Below the pieces are notes generated by a model that was given only the letters and a program-made list of their open reading frames with translations, did not search any database and was not told the DNA's origin. From the NCBI RefSeq assembly GCF_036321535.1, contig NC_087438.1, positions 2,048,001 through 2,112,000 on the forward strand: 64,000 nucleotides of DNA, written 5' to 3'. The stretch is from Camelus dromedarius (taxonomy: Eukaryota). How positions within the stretch are numbered: position 1 is the stretch's first letter; each line of letters begins with the position of its first letter. A program made the position numbers and the translations under genes. Below are positions 24,869 to 35,697 of this stretch, one piece after another.

Positions 24869-26654
24869 GAAGAGAGAATTTGGACTGTATTTGTCAAGAG
24901 AACACCACATAGTCCATACTGAAAATAAGAGTTTTCATTATCACAGCCACATACACGCATGGTCTTAAAATGCTCAGTTTGCTCTATGAAAGTCAAATAA
25001 TTAAGTACTTTATTCTGACGGAAAAAGGTGATCAACATAAAGAAGCAATTGCCTGATGTATCTCCGTGTAAATCAAATTGTGTGTTAAACAGCAGCGGAA
25101 TTAAACAAGGAGATACGACTAACACAATTATTCACAATCTTGCCCTTTCATTTTCTTTGAGGGATAAAAATCGAAGACTGTCTTGCCTCACACAACTCAT
25201 GATTTTACCACACGTGACTCACGGAAATTCACGTCAGATAACGTAGCATCAACGCCATGTTTGCCACATCCACGGCGCCCAGCCAGGCGCCCGGCGTGGG
25301 CGGACGGCGAATGATCACCTTCCCTTTAAGGCTTTATGTATGTTGTTGTACGTAATATTTTCAAAAGCCTCAAAATCTAACCACACACAGCAGGCACTTC
25401 CTAGCAGCAGAGTCCCCGTGCCGACCTGACAGAGGTCTCAGTTCTAAGAGCAAATCACTGTGTTCCCGTGGAAATTCACTTGAGCACGTCTACCGTCTGC
25501 AATCCATACAATTAATCGCCAGGAAGGCGCATTTACACTGAAGATGGCAAAAGTCAGTTAGTTCTGGAGATTCCGGGGGTTCCCGCGTTATCACACCCAA
25601 TCACATCAGAAACCGGTTTTCAATGCGTTTCTCAAAATTCCTCGTCTGATTTCTCATGTTCGGGGAGAGTCTAATTGGATTTTTAATCCTTGGCTAATCA
25701 TGACACGCCAGCTTTCAGCGGACCCTGGAAAGTGCTTTCCACCAACCTATTATTTCAAGGCAAGCTCGAATGTAACCCGAATCAGTAGGAAAATAGTGCA
25801 GCAGCCCCTCCACCGCGTAGACATTACAGGGAAACAATACACGCCTTTCTCCACCAGCAGGCCGCCCGCCTTTGAAGCAGCTCTGAAATAATGGACGCCA
25901 CTGGCTGTTTTCTCCTGGTTCCTGCGTTTCAATACCAGGCTTGTCTCCTCTGTTTGTCTTCAGCTAATTGCCTCAAGATCTAATAAGTTAGTGATGATGG
26001 CTTCTGCGTCCAGAAACCCAGCCCAGGAAAGATCGCATCGCACAGCAGTGGGGGGGGGGGGCGCTCAGGGATGCCTTCTCCCCGCGGCCGCCCTTCCTGG
26101 CTCCCGTGAGGGGCAGCGCCCAGCGGCGACGGGGCTGGGACCTGTACGGGTCCGCAAGGGGCCAGCTTCCCTGCGGAGAGGCAGAAGGCCTTGTCACCAG
26201 CCCGCTCCGCCGGGTTGGGAAGTCATAACGCGGGGGCCATCACGCCGCCCTTTTTTGAGACCCATTACAGGAAAATTCAACTTTGATGAGAACTTTAATC
26301 TGGTTGTCTTTCTTCCCGTGGAAGACGCTTTCCTGAAGTTTTATCCAATGTTCTTCCCTCCTCAGGGCAACTGAGCCTAATGAAGGAAATCACAGGGCCG
26401 GAGCAGGAGGACGCAGTCGGGCAGCATGGGAGGCGGCTCGCCAGCCGGCACCGGTCAGAGAACAGCGTCTTCCCCTAAAAGGAAAACTCAAGGCTCTTTG
26501 TCAACACGATGGTGTTTAAACTCACATGCACAGCTTGGGGGAAAGCAGCCTTTGGACCTGAAAACTAAAGCCCCGGCTCCAAGTGAGGAGGGATGTGTGT
26601 CTCAGACCAGGGCTGGGTGTAACCGCCGGTCTTGTCCCTCCTCAGAAACACACA

Positions 26655-27125
26655 CCGCGTGTCCCAGGTCTGCGGGACAATGACCGCATCCTGGGGGGCC
26701 TACCACCCCAGAAAGGTGCCGTCTCAGTCTGGAGGCCGGAAGTCTCAGATCAAGGTGTGGCCGGGCCAAGCTCCCTCCCAAGGCTCCAGTGGAGGGTCTT
26801 TCCTGCCTCTTCCAGCTGCCGGGGCCCCAGGTGCTCTGGGCTTCTGGCCACATCTCCCTGTCCTCCACCTCCTCCTACCCCTCCACGTGGCCTCCTCCCC
26901 TGTGTCTTCATCATCACGCGGTGTTCTCCTCTCTGTGTTTCTGTGTCCAAATTTCCCCGTCTTACACAGCAGCAGTCACCGGGTCAGGCTCCACTAATCC
27001 AGTCTGAACTGAACTTGATTACTTACACAAAGTCCCTCTTTCTAAATAAGGTCACCTTCACAGGTACAGGGAGGGGGCGGTCAGGGTATTAGCGTGCCCT
27101 CTGGGGGACACAGCTCACCCCCAGG
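26655..27125 (-). mobile_element. MaLR solo LTR (MLT1 family)
   Basis: tctggaggccggaagtctcagatcaaggtgt, cttcctgcctcttccagct, ttctaaataaggtcaccttcacaggtac and gggggacacagctcaccc are MLT1 antisense hallmarks. Confidence 0.88.
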
Positions 27126-27899
27126 CACACGGTGGAGAAAAGCTGCTCACTGATCCTCGGGTGATATCCCCATGGGGCCCTGGTGTAGTCGCATGGAGGG
27201 GCCACCGTCTGGGGCGTCTCTTCTGTAGCTGGTCCTCCTTGGCCTCACGGCTGCCATGCTGGGCTTCACTCTGTCCTCAGTTTATGCCCAGGGTCTGGAG
27301 GAGTGTCTGGAGGGCTGACATGCCAACTCATCCTCTGTTTACATCTAGTTCTGGGTTCCTGGGTGTTGGGGGCTTGTGAGCAGAGATACAGAGCCAGCCT
27401 CACATTTGGGGGTCTTTCTAGGCCCGGCAATTCCGAGCCTCCCTTAAAACACCGCAAAGCACCGATGCTTCCTCCGGGGGCGGCACTGAGTAGAGAGGGC
27501 ACGTGGTGGGAGGGGTTAAACTGTTCAGCAAGACCGAGGTTTCCAGAAACCCTTTTCTAGGAAATGCACCCCATCCCCCACTTTACACATGCTCTGCCCT
27601 CCTCCTCCCTCCCGTCCCCTCGTGCGCTGGCCAGTGCAGGAGGGTGGTCGGCATCTGGACACAGTGTAACTTAGCCATGTCGTAGTCCATTACTGGTGCA
27701 AGAATTCGGTCTTCTGTCTACGTCAGCTAGTTTTCCAATTGACAAGTGACCACTTTTCAGTTTCATTATCACTTTTCTCAGTGTTTGGCAAATGCTTAGA
27801 TTTAGATGCCCGAGTTTAATCTGAAAGGTTTACTGAGCTAAATATAGACTCCACATCAAATAGTGTATTCAATCTTGGAGGTCTGGACTGGGTGTGTGC

Positions 27900-28950
27900 T
27901 CAGGAAACAAAAATCATTTTCTTAATAAAAGATACTACTCAGTTTATTTTGAAAAAAAGTCTCCAACTTATAATGTATTTTAAATAGTTTTTTTTTAATG
28001 AATTGGTCCATGCTTCAAAGTCTTTGGTGTTATAATAAACTCTCTCAAAAGACATCACAAATACACATGAGATGCACATGTGCTTTGAAAGCTGTGTTTG
28101 AGGAAGACTTAACCCTTTTTCTGATTGAGATCATGTTTGCTGTTCCCTTTGTGTAAAATACGTCTAAGAATTCTACTTCTCCTAAAAAAATAAATGATAA
28201 ATTATTTATAGATACCAATTATTTATTATTATTTATGCAAAGCTTGTCACATTATGCATGCATAAGGGGATTAAATCACCGTTAACCCACAATGCCTTTA
28301 GGGCCATCAGATGACAGGCAAAAGGTGGCATGTGGGTGTCACATCAGCAAATATATGCCTTCGGAGCCGCCACAGTGTTTACGAACACGACTGCTCTGAT
28401 GTACTTAATAGGAAGGGAAATACAGTATCAGAACTGTATCAACCAATAACGCTTATCTGCCTAATTCTAAATTTGATTATCCTGGCACTAAATAGATAAC
28501 TCATCCAAGGACATGCCATGTGCATTATAATGTAGACATAAAATGCCCATTAGTTTAAGCTTGAAACTAAAAGACACAGATGAGCTCAACTTAAAAAAAA
28601 AATGTGCTTTTCCCAAGGCAATGCTTTTGTCATATAATAACGACGTATTACAATCAAGAAACAGAGATACATCAGGAAAACGCCGAGATGCTGTGACTCG
28701 TCGGGGTGCTTCCTGACGGCGCTCTGAATTTCAAGACAAATCCAGGGAAGGTATTTTTTTTTCCAAAATACTAATGCATATAAATGAAATTATTAGCAAC
28801 ATTCATTTTTAATGGGAAAGCTAATGGAGGGCTTGCAAAATGATATCACGACCCTTTGATCGTGTGCAGGAACGCTCTCCCGTTCCTCGGGCAAACATAT
28901 CCAGTGTGATGATGTTAAAGAACCACCCATCTTTGCTATTGACACTTTGA
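27900..28950. promoter_or_regulatory. AT-rich candidate enhancer block with POU and paired-type homeodomain motifs
   Basis: TTTATGCAAA at 28232-28241, perfect palindrome TTATGCATGCATAA at 28252-28265, GGATTA at 28268-28273, ctaatgcatataaatgaaattattag at ~28771-28796. No repeat recognised. Confidence 0.45.
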
Positions 28951-29360
28951 TGATGTGGGAGATTTTAGAGTTCTCCTGGAGGCCTGCGCCCGCATCTGCT
29001 GGGTCTGCTGTGCAGTTCGGGCTTGGACAGAGGCGGGCCCTGGAGCAGAGGGGGCGTTCTGGGGGGGAGGGCCACAAAAAGCAAAAACGACCACCTGTCT
29101 ATTGAAATAGTTAGCTTACCTGTGGGGTGTTCTGGAGGGGCGAGTTATCTGATTATTTTTTCCTTGATCAGAATTGCCCCATCACTGAGTGCACATCTGT
29201 AGTTGTGTGATGTTTACTGCTCGCTGTGGTCCCGTTTCGAGTCACATTGACTTATTTTGTCCACATGGGTATCATGCAACTCCGTGATGTTACACAGCAG
29301 CATTCAAAACGCTGGAAGACGTGCTGCATCAGCTCTTGTGCTGGACAGAACCAGCGGGCA

Positions 29361-29404
29361 TTCCCATTACGTCACAGCCCCACTTCCCATTATGTCACAG
29401 CCCC
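29361..29404. repeat. 23-bp-period tandem duplication of a bZIP-like site
   Basis: ttcccattacgtcacagcccc ac ttcccattatgtcacagcccc. Confidence 0.9.
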
Positions 29405-30227
29405 GCTGTTTTCCAGCCACAGGAGTGACATCCTGCCATCCTGCCAAGACTCACGTAAAGACTCGGTCAGCCTTCCACCGTTTTCACCCGTTCCTTGTAA
29501 ACAGGGTTCGCAGCACTTCTGTTCCTGCTTGGTAATTAGTCCCTCCAGAAGCTCCCTCTCTCTGAATTATAATAGTACCATTTCTTTGCTTTCAATTTAA
29601 GCTCTCTTTGGTTCTGCCCTCAGACAATAGCCTTTCAGATGTAGCGCACTCTTTATATTCAAGGCAGATATATCCTAAGACCTTGGTGAATCCCCAAATT
29701 TACAAATTTCACTATAGAATATAATTCCCCTCATAAAAAGCAGTTAAGTGTAGCTGAAAATTTTAAATGGTGTGTTAAGGCCATCCATGAATCAACAGAG
29801 AACCAAAGGTATTTATGAGGTGATTAACATCAGTCCTCTCCTGAAGATAAACGACACTGCATCAAAACGCTGCTGGAGTCATTTCAACCGTTTGTTTTCT
29901 GTAAGTCAGCAGCCCTGTGGCGGGGGTGGGCTTATTCTGGGCACCACAGGAATGTTCCAAGGATGAAGGCATGGGGACATGTCCCCAGCTGACCTACGGT
30001 CGGATGTAAGTTTAGCTACCATTGACGGGGCGGGTGCTGTGTGAGAAAACCAAACAGGGCGGCAGAACGCTGCTCGCCACGGCTGACTGTCAGGACTCCT
30101 GGGAGCTGAGATACTGATGCTGGCACCCAGCGCCGAAGGCTCAGATGCGGTTTGTCCAGGGCAGGGCTCAGGGACCGGAGTGACTTCTAACTCCACGTGA
30201 GTCTACATGCAGCCAAAGACGACCCCC

Positions 30228-30264
30228 AGACCCGTGAGAGACCCATGAGAGACCCGTGAGAGAC
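30228..30264. repeat. 11-bp minisatellite, ~3.4 copies
   Basis: agacccgtgag agacccatgag agacccgtgag agac. Confidence 0.9.
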
Positions 30265-30919
30265 GGAGGGGCTGGTTTGCTTTACTGTGAAATGTAAACA
30301 GGTTTAACGATAGATGTGCATCTCTTTCTTGCCAGCTCTATGCCACGAGCAGGTGACAGGTGATGCAGGCATGGATGGCACTGTCGCTCACACATCAGCA
30401 GAGACCCCGCCCTTCCCTCTGATGGGACGGGAGCTCAGTTCCCGCCGGGGTGTGGAGACGCCGGGACCCAGCACCAGGCGCACGGTGCCAGGTGTGCAGC
30501 ATCTCCCGGCCTTGCTTCCTCCTCGTAAAAGGAAGGCAGCAACCACACTGACTTCTGAGGGCCGCGGGGGCTCTCCAATGACACGGACGTGCTAGTTCTT
30601 CCCAGCGGCTGAACCTTCCCCGTGGGCTGTGGGCGCCTGGCCTCTTCCGGCTTCACTGCTCGGGTTCTTTGGGTCACGTGCACCAACCACCTACGTAGCC
30701 AGCAGCTCTCATCTCACAGGGACGCCTGCAGCGCACGTAAGTGCTCATCACACAGGTGTCCCCTGGATGGCGTCGGCGGTGACACGGATTAGGACAGCGG
30801 GCAGAGCAGGGCGCCAAGCCTCTCCCTGTGTTTGGTATAAACAGCTGGCATTGTTTGCCTCAAAATCCTCCCAAGCCAAGTAGAACCTGAGTGCCGGCTC
30901 CATCCGTGGGCGGCTCCCC

Positions 30920-31020
30920 AGACACACACAGGCACAGGCACACAGTCACGGGCACACTCATGGACACTCGCACACACATCCACTCTCTTCCACACTCGTG
31001 GACTCACACACACACACACA
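30920..31020. repeat. Degenerate CA-rich low-complexity tract
   Basis: gacacacacaggcacaggcacacag...tcacacacacacacaca. Confidence 0.7.
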
Positions 31021-33039
31021 GGGTCCTCTGGCCACACTGACCAGCTCCACGTCTCAGGATGCTCTCCTATGCTTGTTAGTTCGTGCTTGGCTTGAAGACT
31101 CTGTCTGAAAGTCCAGAAAGATGTTTTCACCTCCTGGCCTCCCACCGTCTGGCCCAGGACCCCGCACAGACTCTGCCATCTGTGTTTGCTCCCAGACCAT
31201 CTGGGACCCCGTCCCAGCAGTGGTGCCCAGGCTTCAGTCCTGGGATCCTTCAGAACAGACAGGGCAGCCGAGGGAGTGAGGCAACCTGCTCAATCTCTCA
31301 GCTTGGAGCTGACGGAGGGGATGTTTCAAGACCGGAGCTGCCCCCAGACCTGCTGTCTAAGAATGCAGAGGTGGACCCACGAGTCAGTGCTGTTCAAATG
31401 CTGGTGGATGAGGCGTGTTTCCAGGAGACGGGGGTAGGGCCATGGAGAAGGGAGGAACCCCTTCAAGGGGTGTGCCCCCCACGCAGCAGCAGGGGCCCAG
31501 CCTGCCTGAGGGCGGACGGAGGGGCTCCTCCCCGGCGGGGCGGGGGCTGCGCACGTGAGGCTGAGGCTAGCGTGTTTCACATGGGAGGCGCAGGGACTTC
31601 ATCTCCTGAATCAAAGCTGACGTGGCTTTAAGGACCCTGGACAGTCCCTTCGCTCCTTAGGAAAAGCAGGTGGAACCTCAGTGCGGTCCATCCAGATCCA
31701 GCCGCAGAGTTGCTCACGCTCAGAGCATCCCAACCCCTCGTTCCCTCGGGGGCGTCCTCGGAAAGATGCACCTGCACCGCCTCGCCGGGCTGCTTGGAGC
31801 GGAGAGGGCAGAGGGCCACCCAGTCTCACCCGTGTCCGCCACGTCTGTGTCCCCAAAGGGCTGTGTGTGCTCATGTGTGCGCATGTGTGGGGCACACGTG
31901 CGTGCGTCTGGGGGTGCAGAATATAAAACTGTTGCAGATACAAACAGGTCATCGCCTGTAAAGCACGATTCCCCGGATGGCCCCAGCGCAGACGCAGATG
32001 CTCAGGCCCGCCGCCTTCAGCCAATCACAAGGATAATTAGCGCGTGGCGTCTGCTGGGGACCCTTCAAGGGCTAGTGTCCATCCTGTTTGTCACTGTTTC
32101 TCTCCTAATCCCCTCTAATGAGGGTTTATGTTAACACGGATAAGCCCTCGCTGCGTGCACCCACCCGGCCAGCTGCGCTGATGGAGGACACGCTGCTCCA
32201 GTGTCTCCGCCCTTGGCTCTGTGGCCACGGGACGTCGAGGCCGTCCACAGGAGATGCTCCCAGGGCTCACGCCCACTTCACGGGGTGATGGGTGGCCCCC
32301 ACCTCCACTTCTGCTCTCCCTGGGGTTCTATTTCTATTTACTTTCTGGAGCTGGCAGCTGTCAACGACGTTCTGTCCTGAAGGAAGACACCCTGGGCCTC
32401 TCTGCTTTGGATCCTGGCGAAGCCCATCGGCCCCTCCCTGTGAAGATGGCGGTGACAGCCGGGCTGGGTGGGGCCCCTCGAGGCTGTTCGCTGGAACCCG
32501 AAGACCTTTCTGAAGTCAAAATCAAGACTCGGATCTACCCAGGCTTGGCCGTAAGGGTCTGATCCTCTCACCTCTCAGCAGCGGTGCTGGGCCTTCCCGT
32601 CGCTCTGCAGGACGCAAGGAGCATGTCGGAGGTGGAGACGTGCAGGAGGCGCCGTGTGGACGGGCTCATTCTGGCTGTGTTATTCATTCAGAGCTCAGAT
32701 CACAGTGGAAAAGAAGATAAAACGAGTGAATGAGCAAATAATATGGGTTTTGTTTGGGGTCAGACTATGGTGGCCTTAAATTAGGGGGCTGCATGAGGTG
32801 TATGCTCCCTTGGGTGGGTGGGTGAGAACCCACCCAGCCAGGAGGCCACAGACTCCGTGGGCTGAAGGGACCTGTCACAGACTCGGTCAGGGTCTCCCAA
32901 GCCCCTGGGCGCTCCCCGTGTGCACACGCCCCCCCCAGGTCACCCCGACACCTCTGTCTGTCCTGGGGGCTCCCTCACACCTCGGACAGGCTGCACAACC
33001 GGAGCGACCCTGAACCCATGATGGACAGGACTCGGCCAG

Positions 33040-33460
33040 AGTATCAGTTCCCTGTAGATGTGGTAACAAGAGCCAGGCACCGAGGAGGACCTCACACAAC
33101 AGAGCTGTATTCCAGATGTCAGCAGCCCCATGGGCAGCAGGGCCTGGCCTCCTCTAAGGCTCCGGGGGAGCCCTGTCTGCCCAGCTTGCAGGGTGGCCGG
33201 CAGGCTTCCGCCAGTGCTTGCGTCCCTCCCAGTTCTGCCCCCTCCTTACGGGGCCTCTCCTCTGTGTCTCGGTCCCCCCTCCCCTCTGTGTCTCGGTCTC
33301 CTCTCCTTGGAAGGACCCAGTCCTGTGGGCTTGGGGCATGGTCTCACCTTAACTCATCATACCTGCCTAGACCCCATTTCCAAATAAAGTCATATACATA
33401 GGTACCCACAGAGGGTAGGGCTTGAATATATCTTTTGGGGGCGCAATTCAACCCACAACA
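33040..33460 (-). mobile_element. MaLR solo LTR (MLT1 family)
   Basis: Ends in gaccccatttccaaataaagtcat...cttgaatatatcttttgggggcgcaattcaacccacaaca (reverse complement of the MLT1 5' end). Begins gtatcagttccctgtagatgtggtaacaa. Confidence 0.88.
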
Positions 33461-34881
33461 AGGGGACCTCCGTCTCCACACCCCTGGGGAGCTCTGGGTG
33501 GAAACCTGCCCCAGCCCCCCTCACCCCCCGGGCTCACGTCCCATCCCCCCTGGGCTGGGGATCCTGGGGTGGCGTCTCTCACGTAAACCCTGGGCTCAGG
33601 GCTTGTATGGAAGCTGAAGCCCACACAGGGCTCTAGGAGCCTTGTTAGTTTAGGAGTGAGGTGTCTGGGGTCAGACGAACGGCCGTCTGTGGGAAAGTAA
33701 GTCACTCGTAGAGCAGGAGGTGACCTGGACCTCAGCATCTGAGGGGTGACTTCTCCCTGCGCAGGTGACCCACGTGGGCATGTCCAGCACCCAGGTGGGA
33801 GGGTGGCTCACACATCACCCACCCAGACCACCGTGCCCCGCCCAGAGCAGCTCTGGGCATCCATCCTCCCTCAGGAGCTGGGGACCGAGGGCGGATCTGG
33901 GACCCACATCTTGGCTCATCGGCAGGACGGGGCGGTGGTTCCTTGTCCTGACTGGGTGAGAGCACGTAAGTGATAATTTTCAACAGCAGACGTAATCGCC
34001 TCTGTGGAGACTCAGAGCATCAGATACACAGCACAAGGGGAAGGGCAGCTCAGGCCATCCTTGTGGACGCTCAGAGAAACCGAAGGAAGACTGTTCACAC
34101 TCTGTCCGGCGGCAAGAAGGCACAGGCTGCGTCCCACAGCCTGCAGGACGCCCCACCTCCGGCCGGCTCTGGGGGTCAGCTGGGTTAAAGAGAAGGAAGT
34201 ATGGGTCAGGACCAAAGGCTGGTTTTCATTCCTAATGGGAACTATCCTGTCATCTAAACATGAGGCTGTCAGGAGGCTCTCCCACGGGAGCAGCACCCCA
34301 CATCCCTCAGGGACACGCCCCTCCGAGACTGGACGCCTGCCTGGCCCACAGGTGGGGTGCGGCCACGAGAAAGTGCACGTGCGCAGCGTGTGCCCAGGGC
34401 CGGGGCTGTCGCATCCTCTGTAAGACCGTGCAGGGGACGCATGGGTCTCCCTCCACCACGTGGTTCGCGCGACCGATCGCCAGTTTGCTTCTGGAGAAGG
34501 GGACAGAGGTAGAGGACTGCATCCTCGGCTTGTTCGTTTTCATCTTCTTGGCAATGAATCAACTTCAAGACACACTTTGCAACGTGTCATCTTCTGTCAC
34601 ATGCTGGGTTGAGCTGTCCATCAGGGCAGCGGACCTGTGGCCGCAGCTTTTATCCCTTCCTTCCTGGGCCACTTGAGGGGGGCAGCAGGTGTGTGAGAGA
34701 CGGTCTCGAGGCAGCCTGGCCAGGCAGGAAGGACCCTGCAGCCTTGCAGCCTCTGTCCCTCCTTCCACCCACGTCCAGCAGCTCAGTGGCTTCCAAGACC
34801 GACCGGAAGGTGCTTAGGACACTTAGGGCTGGCGAGACAGTGAAGCCGCGCTGGTCCTGATGGACCCCTTCCTCCTCCTGC

Positions 34882-35127
34882 TTAATTGAAGCAGAGCTGA
34901 TTTACGACGTTGTGTTAGTTTCCGGGCGCAGCACAGCGATTCGGTCACGCACATACATAGCTACTCTTTTTCATATTCTTTTCATTATAGGTTATGACAA
35001 GCCATTGAATAGAGTTCGCCGTGCTGTACAGAGGGAGCCTGTTGTTTATCTATTTTATAGGTAGTGGTGTGTATCTGCTAATCCCAAACTCAATTTATCC
35101 CTCACCCCGTGCCCCACTCCTGTAACC
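34882..35127 (-). mobile_element. 5'-truncated L1 3' end, unusually CpG-rich
   Basis: ttaattgaagcagagctgatttacgacgttgtgttagtttcc...gtatctgctaatcccaaactc is colinear with the L1 copy at 55266-55850. Confidence 0.92.
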
Positions 35128-35284
35128 TCTTCAGTTTTGAGGCTTGTTTAAGCACAGTGCATCCTGAGCCGAAAAGCCCCCTCCGGACCCTGAGGAGGAC
35201 GTGCAGGGAGCGCCCCTGTCCTCAGTGCTTTGCCAGGAAGTCTTTGCCGCCCACCCTAGAGAATAACTGACTGCAGTCAGGGTG

Positions 35285-35697
35285 ACCTGTCTCCACAAAG
35301 ACTCACAGAAGCAGCCCAAGCCTGGTACCTCCGAGCGTGGCTTTATTGGGAAATAGGGTGTTTGCAGATGGAATCGAGTTTAAATGAGGTCACTGGGGGG
35401 CTCTGATCCATGTGTCCTTATGAAAAGGGGAGGTTTGCACACAGACACAGACAGGGGGATGGCCGTGAGAAGATGGATGCAGAGACCAGGTGACGCTTCT
35501 ACAAACCAAGGAGGCCAAAGTTCGCCAATCAACCCCAGAAGCCGGGGAGGGGCCTGAGCAGATTCTCCCTCAGCCTCAGCAGGAACCAGCCCTGCTGACG
35601 CCTGGGTCTTCTGGCTCCGGACTGGGGGGCGATGCATTCCTGCATTTATGCCCCTCGGTTGGTGGTGGTTATTACAGCCGCCCCGACACGTAATGCA
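35285..35697 (+). mobile_element. MaLR solo LTR (MLT1B/C-like)
   Basis: ttattgggaaatagggtgtttgcagatg, gtgtccttatgaaaagggga, agattctccctcagcctcagcaggaaccagccctgctgac; ends ...ttacagccgccccgacacgtaatgca. Confidence 0.9.

Noticed and set aside
33040..35697. Two MLT1 LTRs ~1.8 kb apart as a possible full MaLR provirus
   Set aside because: They are in opposite orientations and no internal MaLR sequence was recognised, so they are independent solo LTRs.
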